Below, one piece after another: positions 1-12,170 of a stretch of DNA of 64,000 bases. This DNA is from Leucoraja erinacea (Eukaryota). The DNA lies in assembly GCF_028641065.1 (NCBI RefSeq), contig NW_026576077.1, positions 62,001-126,000 on the forward strand, given 5' to 3'. The first letter of the stretch is position 1; each line of letters begins with the position of its first letter. Under the pieces are notes generated by a model that made no database searches, had not been told where the DNA came from, and saw nothing but the letters and a program-made list of their open reading frames with translations. The position numbers and the translations under genes were made by a program.

Positions 1-818
1 TGTGGGAAAAAAAATGTTTTTCTCATCTCGGTCCTAAAAGATTTCCCCCTTATCCTTAAACTGTGTGTGTGACCCCTTGTTCTGGACTTCCCCAACATCG
101 GGAACAATCTTCCTGTCCAACCCCTTAAGAATTTTGTAAGTTTCTATAAGATCCCCCCTCAATCTTCTAAATTCTAGCGAGTACAAGCCGAGTCTATCCA
201 GTTTTTCTTCATATGAAAGTCCTGACATCCCAGGAATCAGACTGGTGAACCTTCTCTGTACTCCCTCTATGGCAATAATGTCTTTCCTCAGATTTACACC
301 AAAGGTAGACACAAAATGCTGGAGTAACTCAGCGGGACAGGCAGCGTCTCTAGAGAGGACGTTTCAAGTCTGTAGAATGATCCCGACCCAAAACTCCACG
401 CATTCCTTCTGTCCACAGATGCTGCCTGTCCCACTGAGTTACTCCAGCACTCTGTGCCTGTCTACCCGTCCACACTATTTCTGTTATCCCACTTTCTCAT
501 CTATTGGCAGCAAACTAGGGGCAATTTACAGAGGGGAAATTCACCTACAAGCCTGCACGTCTTTTTGGATAAGTGGGGGAAAACCGGAGCAATGTCCTGC
601 GGTCACATGGAGAAGGTGACATCTCTGTCCAGGCGCCGGGAGTTGAACCCATGTCTCTGGCGTTGAAACAGCAGCTCCACCCGCTGCGCCACCACGCCGG
701 CCTAACACGTGTATATGGGACATAGAAATGGATAGATGCAGGTGATAGAGGCGACAGATGGTGTATGGGGGGGGGAGAGAGAAACACACAACAGAGGAAT
801 TGGTCTCAGCTCCCCAGA

Positions 819-969
819 GTGAAATGTCCCTTCAACTCGAACCCCTTTGATCAGCGACACCTTTGCCCACTTCAATGCAAAGCCCTGTGAATGGGGGGAG
901 TGAGAGAGAGTGTGGGCTGTTGATGTCTGTAGCTCTCCCATGCCGACACCTCTGTGTGTGCAAGTGTGC
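819..969. promoter_or_regulatory. Duplicated unique module, copy 1 (TCF/LEF + T-box + RBPJ-like motifs); candidate enhancer
   Basis: Closely similar to 6808-6954; CCTTTGATC at 844-852, GACACCT at 856-862 and again near 945, TCTCCCATG near 934. Confidence 0.4.
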
Positions 970-1839
970 CGGGTCCCTGTGACGTGATTCCACCTTATCA
1001 CTGTACTTGTAAACATGTACATACTGTCCGCTGACTGGGTCGAACGCGACAAAAACAAGCGGTTCATTATACCTCGGTACACGTGGCTATACACTAAACT
1101 GTTCTTGTGTGGGAAGGAACTGCAGATGCTGGTTTAAATCGAAGGTAGACACAAAATGCTGGAGTAACTCAGGCAGCGTCTCCAGAGGGAATGGACGGCT
1201 GGCGTTTCGGGTGGAGACCATTCATGTTATTCCCTTCATCATGTATCTGTGTGGGGTGTACAGCGTTTGTTCTGTGTGTACGCGGTGCCTGAGTGTACCC
1301 TGGTTTAGAGAGGAGGAATCTGACAGATAATATTCTTGCTATTGAGGGAGTGCAGCGTAGGTTCGCCAGGTTAATTCCCGGGATAGCGGGACTGTCATAT
1401 GCTGAAAGAATGGATCTACTGGGGCACTGGAGTTTAGAAGGATGAGAGGATATCTTATAGAAACATGTAACAATTCTTAATGGATTGGACAGGCTAGAGG
1501 CAGGAAACATGTTCCCGATGTTGGGGGAGTCCAGAACCAGGGGTCACACACAGTTTCAGAATAAGGGGTCAGCCATTTAGGACTGAGATGAGGAAAAACG
1601 TTTCCACCCAGAGAGTTGTGAATCTGTGGAATTCTTTGCCACAGAAGGCGGTGGAGGCCAATTCACTGGATGTTTTCAAGAGAGAGTTAGATTTAGCTCT
1701 TGAGGCTAACGGAATCAAGGGATATGGGGAGAAAGCAGGAACGGGGAACTAATTGTGGATGATCAGCCGTGGTCATATTGAATGGCGCTGCCGGCTGGAA
1801 GGGCCGAATGGCCTCCTCCTGCACCTATTGTTTATGTTT

Positions 1840-2232
1840 AGAAACATAGAAACATAGAAATTAGGTGCAGGAGTAGAGGCCATTCGGCCCTTCGAGCCTG
1901 CACCGCCATTCAATATGATCATGGCTGATCATCCAACTCAGTATCCCGTACCTGCCTTCTCTCCATACCCCCTGATCCCCTTAGCCACAAGGGCCACATC
2001 TAACTCCCTCTTAAATATAGCCAATGAACTGTGGCCTCAACTACCCTCTGTGGCAGAGAGTTCCAGAGATTCACCACTCTCTGTGTGAAAAAAGTTCTTC
2101 TCATCTCGGTTTTAAAGGATTTCCCCTTTATCCTTAAACTGTGACCCCTTGTTCTGGACTTCCCCAACATCGGGAACAATCTTCCTGCATCTAGCCTGTA
2201 CAACCCCTTAAGAATTTTGTAAGTTTCTATAA
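1840..2232 (-). mobile_element. CR1-clade (HER1-like) LINE 3' fragment
   Basis: Encodes LIETYKILKGL..RTRGHSLRI..FFTQRVVNLWNSLP (CR1 ORF2 C-terminus); (CATAGAAA)n tail. One of >20 such fragments in the window. Confidence 0.9.
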
Positions 2233-3088
2233 GGTGTGATCTCCCATTTTGTCGAGGGTTGGGGGTGGGGGTGGGGAGGGAGAGATCTGCGGGTGAGAAG
2301 ATGCTCATGTCTACACCTTTGTGTTAAACAGCAGGCTCGGTGGGGGGTTAATGTGGACCCTTTGGCTCTGACAGTAGAGGCCGGCGGCCCCTTCAAAGGC
2401 ACAAGTTGCCACCTACTCGCTACTTTCCAGTTCCCAACCTTTCAAAGAGTCTGTGCAGCAGGATCATAAACGCCTATCCTCAGGGGGCTGGGATGGGGAA
2501 GAATGTCTTCTCTCAGGTGGTTCTTAAAGACATTACAACTCTTTGCTGTTTACAGCCCAGGCTGCAGAACCTCGCTGGCTGTTTTCAAGCTGAGAAGTTT
2601 TTTTAAAATCCGTGTTGGGAGGAACTGCAAGTGCTGGTTTAAACCGAATGTAGACACACCATGCTGGAGTAACTCAGCGGGAACGGCAGGCAGCATCTGT
2701 GGAGAGAAGGAATGGGCGACACAGAGCTAGGGGTCACACAGTTTAAGGATAAGGGGGAAATCTTTTAGGACCGAGATGAGAAAATCTTGTTTTCACACAC
2801 AGAGAGTGACGAATCTCTGGAACTCTCTGCCACAGAAGGTAGTTGAGGCCACAGTTCATTGGCTATATTTAAGAGGGAGTTAGATGTGGCTAAAGGGATC
2901 AGGTGGTATGGAGAGAAGGCAGGGATGGGATACTGAGTTGGATGATCAGCCATGATCATATTGAATGGCGAATGGTGCAGGCTCGAAGGGCCGAATGGCC
3001 TCTACTCCTGCACCTATTGTCTATGTCTCAGGTCGAGGCCCTTCTTCAGATTAATAGTGTGGGATTAATATTCTACAAAATCACCATT

Positions 3089-3615
3089 CTCTCCACAGAT
3101 GCTGCCTGACCCGCTGAGTTACTCCAGCACTCTGTGAAACGTCACCTATCCATGTTCTCCACAGATGCTGCCTGACCCGCTGAGTTACTCCAGCACTCTG
3201 TGAAACGTCACCTATCCATGTTCTCCACAGATGCTGCCTGACCCGCTAGAGTTACTCCAGCACTCTGTGAAACGTCACCTATCCATGTTCTCCACAGATG
3301 CTGCCTGACCCACTGAGTTACTCCAGCACTCTGTGAAACGCCACCTATCCATTTTCTCCACAGATGCTGCCTGACCCGCTGAGTTACTCCAGCACTCTGT
3401 GAAACATCACCTATCCATGTTCTCCACAGATGCTGCCTGACCCGCTGAGTTACTCCAGCACTCTGTGAAACGTCACCTATCCATGTTCTCCACAGATGCT
3501 GCCTGACCCCGCTGAGTTACTCCAGCACTCTGTGAAACGTCACCTATCCATGTTCTCCACAGATGCTGCCTGACCCGCTGAGTTACTCCAGCACTCTGTG
3601 AAACGTCACCTATCC
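3089..3615 (+). repeat. 66-bp tandem minisatellite (~8 copies)
   Basis: Unit GATGCTGCCTGACCCGCTGAGTTACTCCAGCACTCTGTGAAACGTCACCTATCCATGTTCTCCACA, head-to-tail with no spacers. Confidence 0.95.
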
Positions 3616-3929
3616 CGTGAGACACAGAGAGGGAGAGAGTTGGTCAAATTAGTTCAATTTGACGACGTGCGTGTGAATGTGTGAAACATTCTTTTAACTC
3701 TGAACTCTTTGATCAGGCCCCTGATTGAGGTGGAGTGAGGAAAACTGGTGCTTGAAGCTTTCCCGTGCTGACACCTTCATCTGGTCGACACAGAGTCAGT
3801 GTTGCCACGCTGTATCTCTAAAGCTGAAGCATGTGTCGGAAAGAACTGCAGATGCTGGTTTAAACCGAAGATAGACGCAAAATGCTTGAGTAACTCGCAG
3901 GACAGGTAGATTCTCTGGAGAGAAGGAAA

Positions 3930-4740
3930 TAGGTGCAGGAGTAGAGGCCATTCAGCCCTTCGAGCCTGCACCATTCGCCATTCAATATGATCATGGCTGA
4001 TCATCCAACTCAGTATCCTGTATCTGCCTTCTCTCCAAACCCCCTGACCCATTTAGCCACATCTAACTCCCTCTTAAATATAGCCAATTAACTGTGTGGC
4101 CTCAACTACCTTCTGTGGCAGAGAATTACACAGATTCACCACTCTCTGTGTGAAAAAAAAATGTTTTTCTCATCTCGGTCCTAAAAGATTTCCCCCTTAT
4201 CCTTAAACTGTGTGGCCCCTTGTTCTGGACTTCCCCAACATCGGGAACAATCTTCCTGCATCTAGCCTGTCCAACCCCTTAAGAATTTTGTAAGTTTCTA
4301 TAAGATCCCCCCTCAATCTTCTAAATTCTAGCGAGTATAAACCAAGTCTATCCAGTCTTTCTTCATATGGAAGTCCTGACATCCCGGGAATCAGTCTGGT
4401 GAACCTTCTCTGTAATCCCTCTATGGAAAGAATGTCTTTCCTCAGATTAGGAGACCAAAACTGCAGTAGAACCTCTCTGCTCCTACACTCAAATCCTTTT
4501 GCTATGAATGCTAATATACCATTTGCTTTCTTCACTGCCTGCTGCACCTGCATGCCTACTTTCAATAACTGGTGTACCATGACACCCAGGTCTCGTTGCA
4601 TCTCCCCTTTTCCTAATCGGCCACCATTCAGATAATAGTCTACTTTCCTGTTTTTGCCACCAAAGTGGAGAACCTCACATTTATCCACATTATACTGCCG
4701 AATGGCCTCCTCCTGCACCTATTTTCTATGTTTCTATGAT
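3930..4740 (-). mobile_element. CR1-clade LINE fragment (RT C-terminal region)
   Basis: ORF 4203..4718: YNVDKCEVLHFG..QRDLGVMVH..VKKANGILAFI..QRRFTRLIPG..RRLRGDLIETYKI. Confidence 0.9.
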
Positions 4741-6104
4741 TCTATCTATCTCTCCCTCCTAACCCCATTCTCCTGCCTTCTCCCCATAACCTCTGACACC
4801 CGCACTAATCAAGAATCTATCTATCTCGGCCTTAAAAATATCCACTGACTTGTGGCCTCCACGGCCGCCTGTGGCAACGAATCCCACAGATTCACCACCC
4901 TCTGGCTAAAGAAATTCCTCCTCATCTCCTCCCTGAACGTAGAACACAGCCCTGTATAGCACAGGAACAGGCCCTTCGGCCCACGGTGTCTGTACTGAAC
5001 ATAACGCCAAGTTAAACTGATCCCATCTGCCTGTACATGGTCCATATCCCTCCATCCCCTGCCTATCTAAATGGCCTCTTAATCGCCATAGGGAGGAACC
5101 GCAGATGCTGGTTTACACTGAATATCCACACAACATTCTGGAGTAAATGCGGGAAACACAGGTTCAGGGTGAAGGGGAAAAGATTTAACGGGAATCTGAG
5201 GGATAACTTTTTCACACAGAGGGTGGTGGGTGCATGGAACGAGCTGCCAGAGGAGGTAGTTGAGGCTGGGACCATCCCAACGTTTAACAAACAGTTAGAC
5301 AGGTACATGGATAGGACAGGTTTGGAGGGATATGGGCCAAGCGCAGGTGGGACTAGTGTAGATGTGGGACAGTATGGGTAAGTTGGGCCGAAGGGCCTGT
5401 TTGCACGCTGTACCTGCATGCCTACTTTCGATACTACTCGATGGCTGTAATTCAGGGGGACAGGCAGAGAGAAGGAGAGAAGGAATGGGAGACATTACAC
5501 CTTTCTTCAGGCTGATGTGTCGCTGTAAGTAAGAAAGCGTTTGGGGTGAATGTGACAATTACAACACTTGACTGTGACACGTCGTGGACTTGGTGAAAGG
5601 GCCAGCGGGGAGTGAGAGGCGTGTGTGAAACACGGGTCGGACCGGCGAGGCGTGTGTCGCCCACGAGTTCTCATCTCCCTGCTCATCGCGCCTTGCTGAC
5701 CTTCAAAGGAACCGCCACACACGTCCCAACCACTAACCCCGTGGAGATGGCCTCTCATCCAGCAGCCTCCCGACCCCGCAAAACTCATGCAGTTATTACA
5801 GAAACAAGGAACTGCAGAAAGACACAGAGTGCTGGAATAACTCAGGCAGCATAGAAACATAGACAATAGGTGCAGGAGTAGAGGCCATTCGGCCCTTCGA
5901 GCCGGCACCATTCGCCATTCAATATGATCATGACTGATCATCCAACTCAGTATCCTGTACCTGCCTTCTCTCCATACCCCCTGATCCCTTTAGCCACATC
6001 TAACTCCCTCTTAAATATAGCATCTGTGGAGAACATGGATAGATGACGTTTGTAGTCGAGACCCTTCTTCTGAAATTATTCATTTGAGTGAATGAAGTAG
6101 GTGA

Positions 6105-6660
6105 CTCGCTGAGTTACTCCAGCACTCTGTGAAACGTCACCTATCCATGTTCTCCACAGATGCTGCCTGATCCACTGAGTTACTCCAGCAGCACTCTGCG
6201 ATACGTCACCTATCCATGTTCTCCACAGATGCTGCCTGACCCGCTGAGTTACTCCAGCACTCTGTGAAACGTCACCTATCCATGTTCTCCACAGATGCTG
6301 CCTGACCCACTGAGTTACTCCAGCACTCTGTGAAACATCACCTATCCACGTTCTCCACAGATGCTGCCTGACCTGCTGAGTTACTCCAGCACTCTGTGAA
6401 ACGTCACCTATCCATGTTCTCCACAGATGCTGCCTGACCCGCTGAGTTACTCCAGCACTCTGTGAAACGTCACCTATCCATGTTTCTCCACAGATGCTGC
6501 CTGTCCCGCTGTGTTACTCCCGCACTCTGTGAAACGTCCCCTATCCATGTTCTCCACAGATGCTGCCTGCCCCACTGAGTTACTCCAGTACTCTGTGAAA
6601 CGTCACCTATCCATGTTCTCCACAGATGCTGCCTGACCCGCTGAGTTACTCCAGCACTCT
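6105..6660 (+). repeat. 66-bp tandem minisatellite (~8 copies)
   Basis: Same unit as 3089-3615. Confidence 0.95.
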
Positions 6661-6807
6661 GTCTATTTTTCGGTTTAAACCAGCATCTGCAGTTCCTTCT
6701 AAAACACTGCCCATGGTTTTAGTTGAGACATACAGCGTGGGTGTGAAGAGGTGAAGGAATGTGTTCACACATAGGCTGGGAAAGGGTGGTCTCCAAGGCC
6801 TATCTGT

Positions 6808-6954
6808 GTGAAATGTCCCTTCAACTCGAACCCCTTTGATCTGCAACACCTTGCCCACTTCAATGCAAGGCCCTGTGGATGGGGGAATGAGAGAGAGTGT
6901 GGGCTATTAATATCTGTAACTCTCCCATGCCGACACCTCTGTGTGCAAGTGTGC
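6808..6954. promoter_or_regulatory. Duplicated unique module, copy 2; candidate enhancer
   Basis: Paralogous to 819-969; CCTTTGATC at 6833-6841, AACACCT and GACACCT, followed by CTGGGAA. Confidence 0.4.
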
Positions 6955-9649
6955 TGGGAACCAGTCCCTGCAAGGTTCAAGCCCAGGATTCCTCGACATC
7001 ACTTGTTATATCAGTTCACACAGTGTGGAATTGATGGATTTGTGCCAATTCTGCAATTGACACGAACATAGGTCCAACTGGTGCTGGTTTAAGATACAAA
7101 AAGCTGGAGTGACTCAGCGGGACAGGCAGTGTCTCTGGAGAGAAGGAATGGGAGCTGAGAACGGTCCAGACATAAAACCTCACCCATTCCTTCTCTCCAG
7201 AGATGCTGCCTGGCCCGCTCAGTTACTCCAGCATTTTGTGTCTATCTTCGGTTTAAACCAGCATCTGCAGTTCCTTCCTACACATTTCACCACCTCTCTT
7301 AAGGTGTATATACATCCCGCCATCCCGGGAATTAACCTGGTGAACCTACGCTGGGCTCCCTCAATAGCAAGAATGTCCTTCCTCAAATTAGGGGACCAAA
7401 ACTGCACACAATACTCCAGGTGTGGCTTCACCAGGGCCATGTACAACTGCAGAAGGACCTCTTTCCTCCTATACTCAACTCCTCTTGTGATAAACATAGA
7501 CAGAGAAACATAGAAAAATAGGTGCAGGAGTAGAGGCCATTCGGCCCTTCGAGCCTACACCGCCATTCAATATGATCATGGCTGATCATCCAACTCAGTA
7601 TCCCATCCCTGCCTTCTCTCCATACCCCCTGATCCCTTTAGCCACAATGACCACATCTAACTCCCTCTTAAATATAGCCAATGAACTGTGTGGCCTCAAC
7701 TACCTTCTGTGGCAGAGAATTCCACAGATTCACCACTCTCTGTGTGGAAAATGTTTTTCTCATCTCGGTCCTAAAGGATTTCCCCCTTATCCTTAAACTG
7801 TGTGGCCCCTTGTCCTGGACTTCCCCAACATGCCATTCGCTTTCTTCACTACCTGCTGGACCTGCATGCTTACTTTCATGACTGAACAATGACCCCCAGA
7901 TCCCGTTTACTTTCATTGACTGGTCAGACCAGCATTTTGTGTCTATCTTCGGTTTAAACCAGCATCTGCAGTTGCTTCTTACACAAATGAATGAACGATA
8001 TAGAATAACATTTAGTGTTGTGTGCCTCCATGTCTCCAATGGCAGCTTGTTCCATAAACCTTTGGTATAATACTGTTTGGTAATACATCTTTGATCCCCC
8101 TGTTCTTGATTCCCCGACTCTGGGGGTAATAAACGGTGCCATGATTCATTTATACACCTCTACAAGATCACCCCTCATCCTCCTGCACTCCACTGAATAT
8201 AGTCCCAGCCTGCCCAAACCTCTCCCTGTAGCTCAGGCCCCTCGAGTCCTGGCAACATCCTGGTGAACATTCTCTGCACCCTTTCCAGCTTAACAGCCCA
8301 ACATGCCCACGCTGGCCAACATGTCCCATCTACACTAGTCCCACCTGCCTGTGTTTGGTCCATATTAACATGTCATAGAAACATAGAAACATAGAAATCA
8401 GGTGCAGGAGTAGGCCATTCGGCCCTTCGAGCCTGCACCGCCATTCAATATGATCATGGCTGATCATCCAACTCAGTATCCGTACCTGCCTTCTCTCCAT
8501 ACCCCCTGATCCCTTTAGCCACAAGGGCCACATCTAACTCCCTCTTAAATATAGCCAATGAACTGGCCTCGACTACCCTCTGTGGCAGAGAATTCCAGAG
8601 ATTCACCACTCTCTGTGTGAAAAAAGTTCTTCTCATCTCGGTTTTAAAGGATTTCCCCTTTATCCTTAAGCTCCTACCCATGTACCTGTCTATCTGTTTC
8701 TTAAACATTGGGATAGCCCCCAGCCTCAACTACCACCTCTGGCAGCTCGTTCCATACACCCACCACCCACTGTGTGAAAAAGTTACCCCTCGGATTCCTA
8801 TTAAATATTTTCCCCTTCACCTTGAACACTTTGTCCTCTGGTCCTCGATTCCCCTACAAGAGACTCTGTGCATCTGACCGATCTATTCCTCTCATGATTT
8901 TGTACACAAGATCTACAATTAGTTTGCTTTCATTTATTATTGTCCCGTGTACTGAGGTACAGTGAAACGCTTTTGTATTTGAGCTATCCAGTCAGCGGAT
9001 AGACTGTACATGATTACAATCGAGCCGTCCACAGTGTACAGAAATATACATAGCGTGCAATATAATTATCCAGCGATGCTGTCTGACTCACTACGTTACC
9101 CCAACTTGATGTGTCTATCTTAGTGACTGATATATGATGAAAGAATGGGTCGACTGGGCTTGTATTCACCGGAATTCAGAAGGATGAGAGGCAATCTTAT
9201 AGAAACATATAACATTCCTAAAGGATTGGACACGCTAGATGCAGGAAACATGTTCCCCAATGTTGGGGGAGTCCAGAACTAGGGGTCACACACACAGTTT
9301 AAGAATAAGGGGTCGGCCATTTAGGACTGAGATGAGGAAAAACGTTTTCACCCAGAGAGTTGTGAATGTGTGGAATTCTCTGCCACAGAAGGCAGTGGAG
9401 GCCGATTCGCTGGATGTTTTCAAGAGAGAGTTAGATTTAGCTCTTTGGGCTAACGGAATCAAGGGATATGGGGAGAAAGCAGGAACGGGGAACTGATTGT
9501 GGATGATCAGCCCTTATCATAGTGAATGGCGGTGCTGGCTGGACGGGCCGAATGGCCTCCTCCCACACCTATTGTCTATGTCTCTGTGTGAGTCCCTACC
9601 TCGCCCAGCGCTCAGATTCGGGATAAAGGGGCAGCATTGTCATGTATGG

Positions 9650-10105
9650 TATATGAAGAAAGACTGGATAGACTTGGTTTATACTCTCTAGAATTTAGAA
9701 GATTGAGAGGGGATCTTATAGAAACTTACAAAATTCTTAAGGGGTTGGACAGGCTAGATGCAGGAAGATTGTTCCCGATGTTAGGGAAGTCCAGGGCAAG
9801 GGGTCACAGCTTAAGGATAAGGGGGAAATCCTTTAAAACCGAGATGAGAAGAACTTTTTTCACACAGAGAGTGGTGAATCTCTGGAACTCTCTGCCACAG
9901 AGGGTAGTTGAGGCCAGTTCATTGGCTATATTTAAGAGGGAGTTAGATGTGGCCCTTGTGGCTAAGGGGATCAGGGGGTATGGAGAGAGGCAGGTACGGG
10001 ATACTGAGTTGGATGATCAGCCATTATCATATTGAATGGCGGTGCAGGCTCGAAGGGCCGAATGGCCTCTACTCCTGCACCTAATTTCTATGTTTCTATG
10101 TTTCT
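9650..10105 (+). mobile_element. CR1-clade LINE 3' fragment
   Basis: ORF 9637..10035 YEERLDRLGLYSLEFRRLRGDLIETYKI...; (TTTCTATG)n tail. Confidence 0.9.
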
Positions 10106-10109
10106 ATGG

Positions 10110-10290
10110 AGGAGAAACTCTCACGGGAAACAAGGAGGAACGTGTCCAAGTGCAGACACATGCTACCTGAGATGAGGTGATACTTTTCACAGCTCGGTGG
10201 GAAAAGGCCGGAGCAAAAGTCCCCGACACCTTGAGAGAGATGATCAAAGCTGCCCCGACCCCATGTGTGACTCGGCCCCGGTATAAGACC
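10110..10290 (+). promoter_or_regulatory. Proximal promoter of the HES7-like gene
   Basis: T-box-like AGGTGATA at 10175-10182 and GACACCT at 10225-10231, RBPJ GTGGGAA at 10197-10203, TCF/LEF ATCAAAG at 10243-10249, TATA-like TATAAGA at 10282-10288. Confidence 0.6.
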
Positions 10291-10351
10291 AGCCCCGGCC
10301 CCGCTCTCCTGCGCATTGTAACTCCGTGTTTCATCTAGTGAGGACCTAGCG

Positions 10352-10705
10352 AGGACCACTCGACTCCGCGCTGGGGACCACTCCACTCCGCGCTGGGACC
10401 ACTCGACTCCGCGCTGACACCACTCGACTCCGCGCTGGGATCACTCGACTCCGCGCTGACACCACTCCACTCCGCGCTGGGATCACTCGACTCCGCGCTG
10501 GGACCACTGGACTCCGCGCTGGGACCACTCGACTCCGCGGTGGGACCACTCGACTCCGCGCTGACACCACTCAACTCCGCGCTGACACCACTCAACTCCG
10601 CGCTGAGACCACTCCACTCCGCGCTGGGACCACTCCACTCCGCGCTGGGACCACCCGACTCCGTGCTGGGACCACCCAACTCCGCGCTGGGACCACTGGA
10701 CTCCA
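10352..10705 (+). repeat. 21-bp CpG-rich tandem repeat (~17 copies) in the predicted 5'UTR of the HES7-like gene
   Basis: Unit GGACCACTCGACTCCGCGCTG, lying between the TATA box and the ATG. Confidence 0.9.
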
Positions 10706-10725
10706 CCGGCACCCACTGCTCGGCT

Positions 10726-10770
10726 ATGAAGATGGCGGCAGAATCCAGTGACTTCAAGGAGGTTAAAAAG
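10726..10770 (+). CDS. hes7: HES7-like bHLH repressor, coding exon 1 (MKMAAESSDFKEVKK)
   Basis: ATG, 15 codons, donor AAG|gtaatt in phase 0; short K-ending first exon as in HES7 (MVTRDRAENRDGPK|). Confidence 0.6.
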
Positions 10771-12068
10771 GTAATTTGAGTTTTATAATCCATCAGCAGG
10801 CGGATTGTTGGAGGCAACACGAAAGGCTGGAGTAACTCAGCGGGTCAGGCTGCACAGAAACATGGGCAACAGGTGTAGGAGTAGAGGCCATTCAGCCCTT
10901 CGAGCCAGCACCGCCATTCAATGTAATCATGGCTGATCATCCCCAATCAGTACCCCGTTCCTGCCTTCTCCCCATATCCCCCGATTCCGCTATTTGTAAG
11001 AGCCCTGTCTAGCTCCGTCTCGAAAGTATCCAGAGAACCGGCCTCCGAGGCAGAGAATTCCACAGACTCACCACTCTCTGTGAGAAAAAGTGTTTCCTCG
11101 TCTCCGTTCCAAATGGCTTACCCCTTATTCTTAAACTGTGTGTGTGTGTGTGTGGCCCCTGGTTCTGGACTCCCCCAACATCGGGAACACGTTTCCTGCC
11201 TCTAGCGTGTCCAAACCCTTAACAATCTCATATATGTTTCAATGAGATGCCCTCTCATCCTTCTAAACTCCACAGAGTGTACAAGCCCACAGCCGCTCCA
11301 TTCTCTCAGCATATGACAGTCCCGCCATCCCGGGAATTAACCTGGTGGACCTACGCTGGGCTCCCTCAACAGCAAGAATGTCCTTCCTCAAATTAGGGGA
11401 CCAAAACTGCACACAATACTCCAGGTGTGGTCTCACTAGGGCCCTGTACACCTGCACACAATACTCCAGGTGTGGTCTCACTAGGGCCCTGTACTACAGA
11501 GAGTGGTGCACCTGTATCTGCCACAGAGCCACACAGGCACTCACCAATGTGTTCTCACAGGGCTGCCTGTATCACATCCTGAATTACTCATGGCCTCTAC
11601 TCCTGCACTCCAGGTGTGGTCTTTCTAGGGCTGTTTTGTACGGCGAGCACTGAATCAAAATTAAGCGGGAGGTGTTTTGCAGGCGCGGAGCTGGCGGTTC
11701 TTCATGGAGCGGCAGATGCTGCGCCTGATTCCCCTGAATTACTCCCAGCGGGCACCCTCTCCCTTTTCTTGGGATGTGCAAAGCCCATCTCCCCCCTTTT
11801 CCCTCCGAGGCGGCAATTAGAAAGCGGGCGGCTGCATCGCCGGCANNNNNNNNNNNNNNNNNNNNNNNNNNNNNNNNNNNNNNNNNNNNNNNNNNNNNNN
11901 NNNNNNNNNNNNNNNNNNNNNNNNNNNNNNNNNNNNNNNNNNNNNNNNNNNNNNNNNNNNNNNNNNNNNNNNNNNNNNNNTCGTGTACCCGGACCCAGGT
12001 CACGGCTCTGCATATCTATTTTACTGCCCCCAAGTGCAGGAAAAAACCCTCTCGTTGTCTTTCTGCAG

Positions 12069-12170
12069 TTACTCAAACCTCTGGTGAAGGGGAGAAACGA
12101 CTATGGGCGCGACCGGATGAACCGCAGTTTGAATCAACTGAAATCCTTCCTGTTCTCTCACACACGCGGA
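12069..12170 (+). CDS. hes7: HES7-like exon 2 (basic region/helix 1), locally corrupted
   Basis: Acceptor ctttctgcag| then LLKPLV(KGRNDYG)RDRMNRSLNQLKSFLFSHTR vs HES7 [30 protein letters not shown]; small insertions disrupt EKRR; donor not clear. Confidence 0.65.

Noticed and set aside
3089-3615. Regular repeat arrays as CRISPR
   Set aside because: Units are head-to-tail without unique spacers, there are no cas genes, and the context is vertebrate.
10335-10820. 161-aa Ser/Gly/Ala repeat ORF on the minus strand
   Set aside because: Antisense reading of the 21-bp VNTR; the promoter, ATG and donor point to a + strand gene.
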